Both the position numbers and the translations under genes were made by a program. A stretch of 56,832 bases of DNA, counting the filler, from Dugesia japonica (lineage: Eukaryota): the NCBI GenBank assembly GCA_001938525.1. It is 6 parts of 6 records of this genome, joined end to end, with 100 filler letters (N's around TTAATTAATTAA, not from the genome) between each part and the next. Parts side by side here need not be neighbours in the genome. Positions count along the whole stretch, not along the records: positions 1 to 10,621 come from MQRL01589655.1; positions 10,722 to 19,344 come from MQRL01609714.1; 4 more parts are not named here. The stretch is one strand, 5' to 3'. Below, one piece after another: positions 1 to 11,941 of this stretch (position 1 is the first letter of the stretch; every line of letters starts with the position of its first letter). The notes beneath the pieces are model-generated. The model was not told where the DNA came from, did not search any database, and was given only the letters and a program-made list of their open reading frames with translations.

Positions 1-302
1 ATCTTTATAAACTAGCGAAGAGGCGATGGAAAGCGGAAACCACCACGGCCGAAGCTAAGGTAAAACGCTATAAGCGGAAATGTCTGACTTTTAAAGCGGA
101 GATGGCCGCCACCCAGAATCAGGAGAGGGTGTGGAAAACCCAAGTTGAAACTTTCGTCACAATGATTAAAACATACCAAGAACGTGAAAACCAACTCGTC
201 GAGAATATAGTGAAGTTACGAGCCACCATTCCTTTAGCCCCCCTCTTGATTGATAAGGTGCTCAGACCAATCGCTCCTGAGTTACCACCTTTGCGCCAAT
301 GA
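1..302 (+). CDS. Orphan coiled-coil 'ORF-A' family, copy 1 (5' truncated by window edge)
   Basis: Open frame LYKLAKRRWKAETTTAEAKVKRYKRKCLTFKAEM...QERENQL. Clearly homologous to 10722-11006(-) and 38684-39042(+), with many third-position differences between copies. Confidence 0.6.
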   Translation, partial: LYKLAKRRWKAETTTAEAKVKRYKRKCLTFKAEMAATQNQERVWKTQVETFVTMIKTYQERENQLVENIVKLRATIPLAPLLIDKVLRPIAPELPPLRQ

Positions 303-469
303 GTTGCCAACTCTACTCCGAAAAAGAGACATAGGATACCTAAGTAAAATTCTCATGATTTCTAATAGGTGTATTAAACTTTTCTCAGACTAACATAAAA
401 ATGTAATATTCTACCTGGAAACAACATTATTAGAAATCGAAGAAACCTATTAGTTATAATTTTAAATTA

Positions 470-1656
470 TTAGGTAGTTGCAATAATTCTCGCTGTTTGT
501 TTTAATTAAGTAACTTATTAAATATTTCAGCGATAACTTTTATCAATAGGTAAGATTTGTTAAGCATTAATATTTAAATGTTAAAATAATGGTATAATAT
601 TTAGTTAAGTTGTACAGCAAACGAAAACCGATCCATTTAATATGANNNNNNNNNNNNNNNNNNNNNNNNNNNNNNNNNNNNNNNNNNNNNNNNNNNNNNN
701 NNNNNNNNNAAGTGCTGCAAAAAGTCATAGGATGCTTTCAGAAGCTTATGGCAACCATGTTTTGTCTGAAACATGCTGTCGAGAATGGTTTCGGCAATTT
801 AAAATGTGTGACTTTGATTTGCAAGATAACCAACGTCAAAGTCAAATAAAGCGCTTTTCAGATAAAGATTTGGAAAAGGTGTTGATCAAAAAACAGAAGG
901 CCAATAAATGGTTGCCTCGAAATTTAAAGAAGCAGATATTGCAAAACAATTAGACAATTGTCAGAGGCTGCTCAGCAGACAAAGGAAAAGTCCTTTTTAC
1001 ATCGCATTGTTACTTGTGATGAAAAATGGATTTCTTTTGAAAATCCGAAACTAAAAATATCATGGGTGAAGCCTGGACAACCCGGAAAATCAACACATAA
1101 ACGAGACTTGCATGGAAACAAGGTGATGTTATCCATTTTTTGGGATCAAAGGGGAATTATTTATTTTGAATTTCTGAAAAAATGTAAAACTGATGATGGT
1201 ACGCGTTATCAATGACAATTAATAAAATTGAGGCAAGCATTGCACGAAAAATGGCCAGACTATTCCAATAGACATAAGAAGGTGTTGTCATACCATGATA
1301 ATGCTCGACCCCACACTTCGATTTGAGTGAGGAATACGATAGCAGAATTCGTATGGGATGTTTTACCTCAGCCGCCATACTCACCAGATCGCATCAAATG
1401 ATTACCACCTTTTTCTCACAATGCAACATAGCTTTTGTGAACAGCACTTCAACAATCATTATGATGTTCAGAAATGGCTTGACTATTGGGTAAATTATGA
1501 GGAAGAAAATATTTTTATCAGGGAATTCATTTGTTGCCAGAAAAGAGGGAAAATGTTGTTAGCAATAATAGATGCTACTTTGAATGAGATGTATTTGGAG
1601 TTTTTATTTACATTTCTTATTATTAAAAAACAGCGAGAATTAATGCAACTACCTAA
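470..1656 (+). mobile_element. Mariner (Tc1/mariner) DNA transposon, full length, defective
   Basis: TIRs TTAGGTAGTTGCAATAATTCTCGCTGTTT and AAACAGCGAGAATTAATGCAACTACCTAA (1 mismatch), TA on both flanks, about 1.19 kb. Confidence 0.95.
642..1587 (+). pseudogene. Mariner transposase, frameshifted
   Basis: HTH CREWFRQFK, FLHRIVTCDEKWI, KVMLSIFWD, HDNARPH and PPYSPD..SNDYHLF motifs spread over several frames. Confidence 0.93.
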
Positions 1657-1700
1657 TATAATTAAATAAATCTAAATTTTAAAAAATATAAGTAGATAGA

Positions 1701-2400
1701 TAGTGGCGCACTGGAACAGCACACATTCGATTACATCACACCCGGATTAGTGATGTAATGAAACTTAATTCTAATGCATTTAGTTGGGAATTTAAAAATT
1801 TCATCATAAATTGCATCATTAGGTAACTATAACGTTACTGTTTTTAAATTTATTTTTAAAATTATTTACTCGGTTTAGGTAATGTTGATCAATTATTTAC
1901 TCACGGTGGTTTGTTTTGGATGGTTATGGTCAATTATTAGTCAGATGTAATTAGTTGGGTGATTTAGTTAAAACTTTCCTCAGGATCAGTCAATTCGGAT
2001 CAGTTTTGAACGATTTGGTAAATTATTTACTCGGTTTAGGTGATTTGGTCAATTATTTACTCAATTTGGTTAATATTGGTCAATTATTTACTCGGTATGG
2101 ACAAACGTTGTTAAATATTTGCTCACAAGGGTAATTTATTTTAGGTGAATTCAGTCAATTATTTCTTAGGTAATGGCTAACTTGATTAATTTTTTTTAGT
2201 GAATTTGGTTAATTATTTACTCGAGTTTGGTCAATTTGGTTCAGTTTTTGGTGATTTAGTCCATCATTTACTCACAGTGGTCAGAGATTGGTTGACAGTA
2301 CTCAAATTTGCTTGTTAGTGCTGAGATTTTGGATGGTTATGGTCAATTATTTATTCACAAAGATAATTTTTCGATGATTTGGGGTAATAACTTTCTTGGT
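1701..2400 (+). repeat. Left arm of foldback-like inverted structure with degenerate tandem repeats
   Basis: Terminal TAGTG..GAACAGCACACATTC..CTAATGCAT followed by many variants of TTGGTCAATTATTTACTC(GG). The reverse complement occurs at 5300-6073. Confidence 0.65.
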
Positions 2401-2529
2401 TCATCATTACAGACTATAATTATCCAGGAGAGCAGCCCATAGTAAGTACTTGTTTTTTAATTTATTTCATCATTCATAAAGTTTAATGATTTTTATCAGT
2501 ATTAATAATTATATTTGAAAATAATTTAA

Positions 2530-4925
2530 TCACTGTATGGTCCACTGGCAATGGCAGTTCTTTTACAGTTCATCAGTACTGGTTCGATTCATTTATGTGA
2601 TAACCCGACCTGTCACATTAACCAATGCATCACACAAATCATTGTCGCGGAAAAAGGTACCATTTCTTAATTGGGCTGCAATATCACTAACTTCTACATG
2701 ACCAGTACCATTATAGCTGATGTCAATATTGCAAATAAACATTGGATCCTGTTTATGTACGATAAAATGAACAGGATTGCTTGCAATATTGACCACCTTC
2801 CAAGTAGCTATCAGGCCAAAGATAGCATTAATATATGGCGCACTTTAAACGAACAAATTGAACACGGTCCTTGATGATGATGTTGTGTTCCCTGACAAGG
2901 CGGAATTTGAAATAGAGACACAGCAGAATGTCCATGAATATGTCCCGTTTGTCTGTAGCTAAGCATTGAAGCTTTTCCTCAGGGAGCCTCTCAGAGATCT
3001 CAACATTAAAAAGGTTCGAGACTTTGTTCGTATTGTCAACAATTCTGCCATTGATAATGTTGAAGGTGGAGATTCTGACCCTACTGAATACTCTTGTGTT
3101 GATTCTTCTTTTACCAGTCTTAAAATTACAGTTGATTGACTGCCGGACTTCACAAATAGTCTCGGACTAAACAGCAACTTTCTCATCGCTGATCCTGTAC
3201 TATGTAGGGAATGCAATAGTAGGGATATAGACAATGACTATATTACTGACGAAGTTGCGTTCAGGGATTTCAAATCTGCTAAAACACTTTTCTGCCCCTT
3301 TCTTGTTTCTGAGACCAGGTGGGCTCTTTTTGTCTTTGATACTGATTGTAAGATCTCTTACCTGCTTGACTCTAAGGCTGATTGAAAAAAGGACATCTAT
3401 CAAACTTCATGCATGCATGTCTGAGTTTTGTCGGAAAAATGATATCACTCTGATTATACAAACCTTTGTACCGACCACTTACCAACGAAAAGATGAAGAG
3501 AGTGGTCTGATAGTCTGTTGCTATATCAGCTTGATCTCTAATTCCAACACTATGAAGAGATTTGACATAGTCACCTTTAAATCTAAATTTTATTAAAATC
3601 AAAAGGGGCAATAAAAAATTAGATAAAATCAAAGAGGTGAATAAAACTAACCAGGATAAAATTAGCGACATGTTTTCCACCATAGGCAGAAGTGAAATTA
3701 ATTCTGTTGTGGATTCATTCTAAAGTTTTGTTCACTCTGTTCGATGTGTGAGGCCAAAAAATCTGAAATTCAAAATTGGAGAGGGTAAAACTATGAAGCG
3801 TGCAGAACTGGATATAAATCTACGAGATAGATTCTATCACTCGCAAAACCCAGTCTTTGAGCTGATCACTAACGAAGTGACAGCTGATTGCTTTCCATCT
3901 CAGGTCGATCTCAAGGCGTATTTCCAGTCTAAAGCTAATTCTGGGCTCCTCACTAATTGGGATCTATGCCCCCTTTAAAATTTGACGATGAAGGGTTCGA
4001 ATTCCTCTGTCCAGATGCCGCTGCAATAAGACGCACACTATATAGAGTGTCTGTTTCGACTCCTGTTCTAAATAACATCACGTATCAACATCTGAAATCC
4101 GCAGAGCTAAAATGCGCTATTATACACCAAATCTTTAAGAATATTCTTTAATCTGGTTTTACTCCGGACAGTTGGAAAACTTATTCAACATTGATGATTC
4201 CAAAACCAGGCAAAGCAGGGCCATACCACGAAGTCTCGTCATGGCGACCAACAGCTTTGTTAGATTGTTTGTACAAGCTTTTCATGGCTTGTCTCACATC
4301 TCAGTTGTCGAGTTTGGCCATGAGATCAAAACTGCTTGTCAACCTCAAGAAAATTTCTGGCGAGTGAGAGGACTGTTTCAAACACAATCTTATTCTGTGA
4401 TGTTTGCTAGATGAGCAAAGTCGATATACTAAATTCAAATTACATATAGGCTTCTTAAATATCACAAATACTTTCGGCAGTATTACTATAGAGCATATCC
4501 CTGGCCTGCTCAACAGAAGGTGTGTCTATAAAAACTTCATCAATCTAATAAGAGGCCTGTACTCCGACTGCTACAGCTATTATACTTGCAATGAAACCTC
4601 CACTAATCCCATTGCAAACAAAAGAGGCGTCATACAGGGTAGTTCCTTATTTATGTTATTGTTCAGCATAGGTATTAACCCAATCATAACCGAAATAACA
4701 AAAGACTCACGATGCTGGTGGTTCATGTGCAGGCCACCCAATTTCTTGCTTGGCGTATGTGGACGACCTCGCTCATGTAGCTTCGTCAAAAGCAAGCCTA
4801 CAAGACATGATTGATTTAGCAGCAAAATTCGGAGACTGGTTCTCTCTCCCTGTCAAAAGTGATCTTGGTCAAATAACAATCAAAAGAGAACCGGTCCCTA
4901 AACTCCAGGGACCTTTTTCCTTGTG
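2530..4925 (+). mobile_element. Decayed non-LTR retrotransposon (NeSL/R2-like RLE group) with Ulp1-like protease domains and RT, 3' truncated
   Basis: RT motifs SWKTYSTLMIPKPGK..SSWRPTALLDCLYKLF, KRGVIQGSSL..LLFSIGINP and LAYVDDL (about 4750-4770). Upstream Ulp1-like motifs NKHWILFMYD...QQNVHEYVPFVC and TRWALFVFD..YLLDS...YQRKDEESGLIVCCY. Confidence 0.85.
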
Positions 4926-5299
4926 AGTAAAATAATACTAAATTTGAAACCATACGAGGTATGTATGCAGAGAAAATTGAACACCAAAATTCAAAATTTG
5001 AGATTTTTCACCACAAAACCCTATTTATTTCATTCCAGATAAATTTTGGCGATTTTAGATTTATATATTTAAAATCGGCCAAGAATTCTCTATCTAGTAG
5101 ATATAAACTATTAATGTAGATGAAAAATAATTTTTTCGAAAAATTTTTATTTGTGAAAAATAATCTCCATCGAATTCTGCATCGATTGATGTAAAAATCT
5201 CGACAAAAAAAATTTTAAAAATCTGAAAATTTAAACAAAAATTACCTAATTTCACCAATTTCCTACAAAAATATAAAATAATTTTAAAAATTTAAACAA

Positions 5300-6073
5300 A
5301 TTCTACTTTTTTCATGAATTTCCGTAAAAATTCATCTCAAACTGACCAATCCTGAGAAAACTTTCAGCCAAATCGCTCAAAAATTAACCAAAATTAACCA
5401 TTATCGAGTAAATAATTGTCCAAAACTGACCCAAATTAACCATTCCCGAGGAAATAATTTACCAAATCAACCAAAAATTATCCAAACTGAGCAGTCCCGA
5501 GGAAATATGGAACCAATTCACCTGAACCAACCAAAACTCGACATCATTCGACATCACCGAGCCACTTGTTAACCAAATTCACCTGAACCATCCAAAAATC
5601 AATCTTATTCGACCTCACCGAGGAAAATTTCATTCAATTTTACCTTAATCACCAAAAATTTCTAATCCTGAGGAAAAATTGGACCAAAACACCTAAAATT
5701 TACCCAAACTGACCAATCCCGAGGAAATAACTGACCAAATTCACCTGAACTAATCAAAAACCTACCTTATTTGACCTCATCCAGTAAATTCTTAATCAAA
5801 TCGTTCAAAAATTACCTAAAACTGATCAAATTTACCCAAACAGACCAACCAGAGGAAATAATTACCTAAAATCATCCACAAAATTAACATTCTCGAAGAA
5901 TTTCCTTATCCAATCATCCAAAAATTTGAAAATTTAAATAACTCGGTAAACATTTCAAATAATTCGGTAAACTATTTAAATAATTCGGTAAACTATTCAT
6001 GCATTAGGAAAGTTACGTAATCATTTTTTACACACGGGGGGTACTGAATGTGTGTTGTTCTTGAGCCACACTA
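5300..6073 (-). repeat. Right arm of foldback-like inverted structure with degenerate tandem repeats
   Basis: Repeats GAG(G/T)AAATAA(C/T)T(G/T)ACCAAA, the reverse complement of the left-arm unit. Terminus on - reads TAGTGTGGCTCAAGAACAACACACATTC..CTAATGCAT. Confidence 0.65.
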
Positions 6074-7973
6074 TCTCTCTACTATGTTGCCGCATCCATT
6101 CCGTGGATTATCTATTTCTACAACTTCATCTTGATCAATCTCGGAGTTATCATTGATTTGCTGTATATTTGTTTGTTTTAATAATTGCATTCTGGTTGCT
6201 ATACTTACTAGAGATTTTATAATAGCGATCTTACTAAGTTTTGGGAAATTAAATTGTANNNNNNNNNNNNNNNNNNNNNNNNNNNNNNNNNNNNNNNNGA
6301 ATGCATTATGCAAATAATGCATAACTCCAGATAGTTCTGTTCGTCTTTCATAGATCCGTTCCTTTAAAGCAATTAAAAGCTCATTGCTTAGTGTTGAATT
6401 TATTTTGCTCAGTTCTTCAAATAAAAACTTAAAATTGGTGTCTGCTGAAATTAAATTTGAATCTTTCCGACACAAGGCTTCGCCTGCAAGTTTCACTGGT
6501 TGAAGTGCGGAAATGGCTACATATGGCTTCAAATTCTTCGTCACTGAAAGAATCTAATTTTAAATCTATAATAGATTTTTGTATACAACTCTTTAGCTTA
6601 TAAAATCTTTCTAACATTGAAAATAAAATATTCCAACGTGTTTTACAATCTAAAATAATATCAGTTCCTTACCGAATTCAGCTTTCACATTAAATTGCAA
6701 TATTTTATCGTTCTTTGTTGGCGAACGACGAAATATTTTTACAATTTTTCTCAATTTTTTAATAAGTAGAGTCAGCTCAAAATGATTTATTTCTAATATA
6801 TTATTTTGTTGTCATTTAATTGTTAATCCGTTATCATTTTCAATGTCTTCATCTTCAAATTCATCCTCTGATTCACCATTAGAATCCCAGTNNNNNNNNN
6901 NNNNNNNNNNNNNNNNNNNNNNNNNNNNNNNNNNNNNNNNNNNNNNNNNNNNNNNNNNNNNNNNNNNNNNNNNNNNNNNNNNNNNNNNNNNGTGAACAAA
7001 ACATAATTGTTGGTCAGCACTGATAAGAGTGCCAACTTTCTTCATGACAGCTGCACCGTCCGTTGTTATGCATACAATGCCATTTTTTAATGATATACCA
7101 AATTGTTTTAACTTAGTATTTACAACTTCTACTTATTTAGTTGCTGGCAAACTTCCAAACATTCTAATTAATCCTAAGTTCCATACTTTTCTTTCTGAAT
7201 AAATATTTATGTTTATGTATCGGTGGTTTTTTACAGAACATCACTCGTCAAATGTCAAGCTAAATCCAATTTTATTTTCCTTCTGTTCTGCAAGCGCTTT
7301 GACATATAAATTTCGAATCTGGTTACTGTAAACAACAATATTTTTTTGAATACTGTTGGCAGATTTCGGAAGCTCGCCTATACGCAACGCTTATATTACC
7401 TTTCGAAGATATTCTGATGTAATAAATAATTTAAACGGTAAACCATCATAAGCACACATTCTCGCTAATACAACCTCTAATGAACTATTCGTTGTTTTAA
7501 AATATTTCGTTATAGTTGCACGTGGGCTTTCTACATTTGATTCAGTGTCAGTACTAGTAGCAGGAACATCACGCTTAAGAGTTTTTGGATTTTGCGTGGC
7601 CGCCTTTCTTTTCTTGTAAAAGAAACTGCAAATCGAAGATTTGTCGTCGTCTTTTGTATGTTTTACAAATTGTAAATTTTCCATTTCAGAAGATTGCATA
7701 ATGTTTATGTATTTAAAATAATTTATACTTTTAGTTTTTATCTTAATTGTAAAATTGATTATAAATTTAAAATTAAAAAATTTAAAATATTAGTTGACTA
7801 GATTTGCAAAACATACTACTATTATTTTAAATTTTATTATTTATTTCAAAATATTATTTTTTTTGTTTTCTGACAACTAAGATATTAATACAGAAATACC
7901 GCGGTATTAATGCTTTAAAACCGGTACTGAATACCGAAAAATATACTTCAGGATCCCGGTATTGCACTCCCTA
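6071..7973 (-). mobile_element. hAT DNA transposon, defective, 3' end lost
   Basis: Terminus TAGGGAGTGCAATACCGGGATCC with subterminal (A)ATACCG repeats. Transposase motifs LARMCAYDGLPF, FSLTFDE, ITTDGAAVMKKVG, QQLCFVH and LDCKTRWN..MLERF. Confidence 0.9.
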
Positions 7974-8076
7974 CTAAGAGGTCTTTAAAGATTTTCAAAA
8001 TTATTTTAAAATATGCAAAAAAACGATGGCAAATGTTTTATAAAAAATAAGTAACGACATTTAAAATAAAACTTTA

Positions 8077-8117
8077 TTGTTATATATTTCGACGGATTAA
8101 CCGTCATCATCATACAA
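8077..8117 (-). ncRNA. Minimal type I hammerhead ribozyme motif (Penelope/retrozyme-like), C3 mutated
   Basis: - strand: TTGT-ATGATGA-T-GACGG-TTAAT-CCGTC-GAAA-TATA-TA-ACAA. Stem I TTGT/ACAA, stem II GACGG/CCGTC, palindromic loop 3. Confidence 0.55.
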
Positions 8118-8924
8118 AAATGAAATAAATGATTTTATTCAGTCTGTATTATTCAAGCAAAGATTTATGCGATTATACTGATTATAAGACGGCTATAATT
8201 CTTAATTTTTTAAATTAAATTCTTCATTTTTAAAATTTTTTAACTTTTCAATAAAAAATTAATTTATATAATATTTTATTATTTTTACCTATAAAATCAA
8301 AGATGTTTTTTCAAAAAATATAATTGTTTTTTTAATTTTAGATTATATTAATATTTTTTAAAACCTATGAAAATTGAAAATTCTAACAAAAAATAAAATA
8401 GAAAACCTATGAAGTAATAAAATTTTTTAAATTTACTTAAAAAATTAAAATACAATACCTATAAAAAAATTTTGAAAATAAATTAAGATTTCAAGAAAAT
8501 TTGAAAAATTACTTTATATCCAAAAGATTTTTAAAATTTTTTTAATTAATTTAGTAGAATGAGTTGCCTGTACATTAATGCTTAGATTATGAAATTTAAT
8601 CATTAACGCCTTATACATCACTCTCTCACAGTAATTCCTTAAATAAACAGTAAATCTTCCAAATTTTAAAAATTGTATCTTCATCTTTTAAAATTATAAG
8701 TGCATTCAGTAATAAGTCTAAGACTCTTTATGAATTGGTTTCTAAACTGATTTATAAATATGAATGAAATGGGTGTAATGCCACATACATTAGAGAAACT
8801 CCCACTCATCTCTGTAATAGGATTTATAAACATAGTCGGTTAGTTAGTCGCAGTATTATTGCAGAACATAATATTCAGTGTAAATCATTTATAAATATTA
8901 ATAATTTCAAAATTTTAAAGATTA

Positions 8925-9170
8925 ATGTGCGAAGCATTGATTATTAGATCATATGATCAAAAAATTAATGTTCAAACCGGTGTTCATAAATCTTTATTGA
9001 ATGTCTTTAAGAAATTTTAATTTTATTGGGTCTGTTACATAATTGATTACATAATTCATTATTTGAGTATACATATTTTATTCATAGTTTTAAACAGTTT
9101 GTCTAAAGATGACAGATATACTGTTGAAACTTGTGGTAAATAAATATTTAACAAAATGGCATGTTAAGCT
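8925..9170 (+). repeat. Dispersed repeat of about 250 bp (Penelope-like terminal repeat), copy 1
   Basis: Colinear with 26205-26452. Both carry CT(A/G)AAGATGACAGATATACTGTTGAAA and end in AAATGGCATGTTAAG. Confidence 0.7.
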
Positions 9171-10621
9171 ATTCAGGAAAAGATTGCCATTATTCTTTAC
9201 CTTTCGAAAATATTAATAAATATAAAATTGAATATTAATATTTGTGATGAACTTTCTTAGCTGCAGCTAAAATGGTTATTTTTAGCTTGATGTTACTGCA
9301 AGCTAAACTTTTGTCATTTTTGTGGTACATTTTATTATTTTTTTGTTTTGCTGTTCAGTTGACATAGGAAAGCTATTTTCATGCAAATGTGTTGGGAATA
9401 GGTTTAAAGTTTTGAGTGCAATATTTTTTTAATTATGATATTCATTTTTGATTTTTTGCCAAAATTTGTCATTGCTTATTAACATTCTCCATAATCTCAT
9501 TTTAAATTAGAAGCTTTTCAAAACCTCAAATTTTACTGAAGTATCCTTGATAATTTTTCATATGCATCACTTTGGGAAACACTGACCAATACAACCAGAG
9601 GGCATATAAAATGTACAAATAATATAAACACAATCACAGATACATCAAGCTAACGAAATATAAGCATATCTTCAACACAAATTCGAAAATTCCAAAGAGA
9701 AGTATGATAAAAGAAATACTTTTGGAGCGACAAATATATTCTTAAATGGCAGAAATTTCAATGACAAAACGAACTTTATTTCTGAATCATATGACAATTC
9801 CGATCTCGATTTTTATGCGAGAAGTATCATTTTAACTTTCATTTTATTCCTTTTTCAATAAGTTCATTTAGAATTTATATATTTTTCTCTACGTTTAACA
9901 ATTTAAAAGAAATATTAGGTTGTTCTAGTGTCCAGATATAGCATTTGGACATGACCCACAATAGGTGCATATCATCAGATACAATAATCACTCATGTACC
10001 ACCGGTGGTACACGACGATATGAGCGTGTTAACAATGATTGAAATAAAAAAATAATTTTCGTAAAGACAATTATAATCACAAATATGTTACGGATCCTTA
10101 GAACCATTTACTAAGAAAAACTTTAGACAACTCCTAGAATACCAACAAATTATAAACGTTACAATTAAAATGTCAATCTTGAAACAGACAATAATTTTCT
10201 CCACATTATTATAATTTTTGTGGATTTCACCAAAAAAAACTTGTGAACTAACAAGGAAATATATATTTTGGCTTCGCAAACAGATGGCATTTTCTTCGAC
10301 TAATTTCCTTCTTGAAACATTCTGAAAATAGCCGACAATACTAATAAAACATTAAAGTTATTTAAAAGAAATTGATTTAATTTCAAATTTCTTTGCTGGA
10401 TTATTCTAGTTCAAAAGAAACCTGAACTATATTCAAGAAGTTATTTAACAGCAGATATATTTTCTGATAGAAAATTGATACAATTCACTATATGAAATGA
10501 AATTGTTTCCCTTAAATTTATTTTAAAAAACTAATGGTTAGATAGTCGCTATCTAAATAAATCTCAGTAAAAATCACAAAAAACATCAAGCATATACAGT
10601 AAATAAATTGTTTTCGGAAAA

Positions 10622-10721
10622 NNNNNNNNNNNNNNNNNNNNNNNNNNNNNNNNNNNNNNNNNNNNTTAATTAATTAANNNNNNNNNNNNNNNNNNNNNNN
10701 NNNNNNNNNNNNNNNNNNNNN
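10622..10721. other. Artificial contig linker (44N-TTAATTAATTAA-44N)
   Basis: Exactly 100 bp; identical at five places in the window; stop codons in all six frames. Confidence 0.98.
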
Positions 10722-11006
10722 TATTATCTAACAACTGATTTTCCCGTTCTTGATAGGACTTGATAATGTTGGCAAAAGTCTCAACTTGGGACTTCCACAC
10801 CCGCTCTTGATTCTGGATGGCATCCATCTCTGCTTTAAAGGTCAAACATTTCCGTCGATAACGTTTCACCTTAGCCTCGGCTTCGGCGCTCTCGGCTTCC
10901 CAACGCCTTTTAGCCAGTTTATAAAGATCCCAAGTGAGTTCCATATCCTCACTATCTTCTCGTAATTTCTTATTTGGCGCCTGGGATCTATTTAAAGATG
11001 AATGCA
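10722..11006 (-). CDS. Orphan 'ORF-A' family, copy 2 (starts at splice acceptor; 3' end cut by linker)
   Basis: tttcag|TGCATTCA then HSSLNRSQAPNKKLREDSEDMELTWDLYKLAKRRWEAE...QERENQLLDN, open until the linker. Confidence 0.65.
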
Positions 11007-11287
11007 CTGAAATATAAATATGCTTTTAAGGTGTTACACTTTATTCAGAGTTAACTGTTATTAGAAAAGTTGGGTCGTTTAGATTACAAATACTAATAAA
11101 TGAAATTAGTAAACCCAATCTCATTACCAATATATTTATGTTTTACGATTAACAAAAATGGAAACACTAAAATCAAAATTAAATTACTATTCCCCGAAAT
11201 CAACTCACAAGAAGATTTAGAATTGGTCATAAATATAATACTTATTTATTTTTAACAAAAACCAAACAGGTTAAGAAGGAATATTAT

Positions 11288-11622
11288 TATTTTCGGTGTT
11301 GGGGGCGGTATTTTCCGCATGTTCCCTTCCGGAAGGTTTTCTAATGCCCCATATTATGTTGGTTATAAAAGCTTGGACTATTGGTGGGGGGCTGGAAGCT
11401 GGTATTGGAATTGGGTGGCGTGGGTACGCTCGGGCCCATTCCATTGACGATAACTCAATCGCTCACCAAAATCCTGAATACGGTTGACTGCTGCTTCGAC
11501 GGGTGGCAGGTTAGTTCAATCTGTTAGTACACCGGCATCCCGGTTATAAGAATTGTGATACCGACGCAGGGTTAGTCGGTGGGTTCTCCTATGGATGACG
11601 CGTATCCATATAGAATCCATAT
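11288..11622 (-). pseudogene. Orphan GC-richer reading frame starting at a splice acceptor, with internal stops
   Basis: ttttattcgtag|AT ATG GAT TCT... (MDSIWIRVIHRRTHRLTLRRYH...). Composition contrasts with the AT-rich spacers. Confidence 0.3.
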
Positions 11623-11758
11623 CTACGAATAAAAATAAAACCAGTAACATTGGAGCAGTACCATATTAAGATATAATAGATGGATATAAGTAGGAAATAC
11701 ACAATTAATTTATGGTTTATTTAATCGCACAAAAAACGTGGGACATTAAAGAAAGGAG

Positions 11759-11941
11759 TCATTCTTCGTCCAAATCTACCTTCTCGTCCATTGGGGACAT
11801 CTCGGCGAAACAGCACAAGTCNGTTTCGTCCGGATGCTCTATTCTTCCACGGGTTATCATGTGAGCTATTAATTGTTTCAATCGAGTCTTCTGACGTTGT
11901 CTCTTGATCCCCTGGAGGGTACGACTAAATTCGGTGTTCAT
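11759..11941 (-). CDS. Orphan 60-aa ORF following a splice acceptor
   Basis: tcctttag|C ATG AAC... MNTEFSRTLQGIKRQRQKTRLKQLIAHMITRGRIEHPDE..DLDEE*. Confidence 0.35.
   Translation of the reverse strand: MNTEFSRTLQGIKRQRQKTRLKQLIAHMITRGRIEHPDEXDLCCFAEMSPMDEKVDLDEE

Noticed and set aside
1860-2400. Repeat-spacer-like pattern as a CRISPR array
   Set aside because: Units are degenerate with no unique fixed-length spacers, there are no cas genes, and the context is eukaryotic.
1691-6083. AGTAG-starting inverted ends as Polinton TIRs
   Set aside because: No 6-bp TSD and no Polinton genes inside; the right-hand AGTAG may belong to the hAT reading frame.
10666-10677. Regularly spaced TTAATTAATTAA palindrome as a biological repeat
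   Set aside because: Always centred in exactly 44+44 Ns, so it is an artificial linker.
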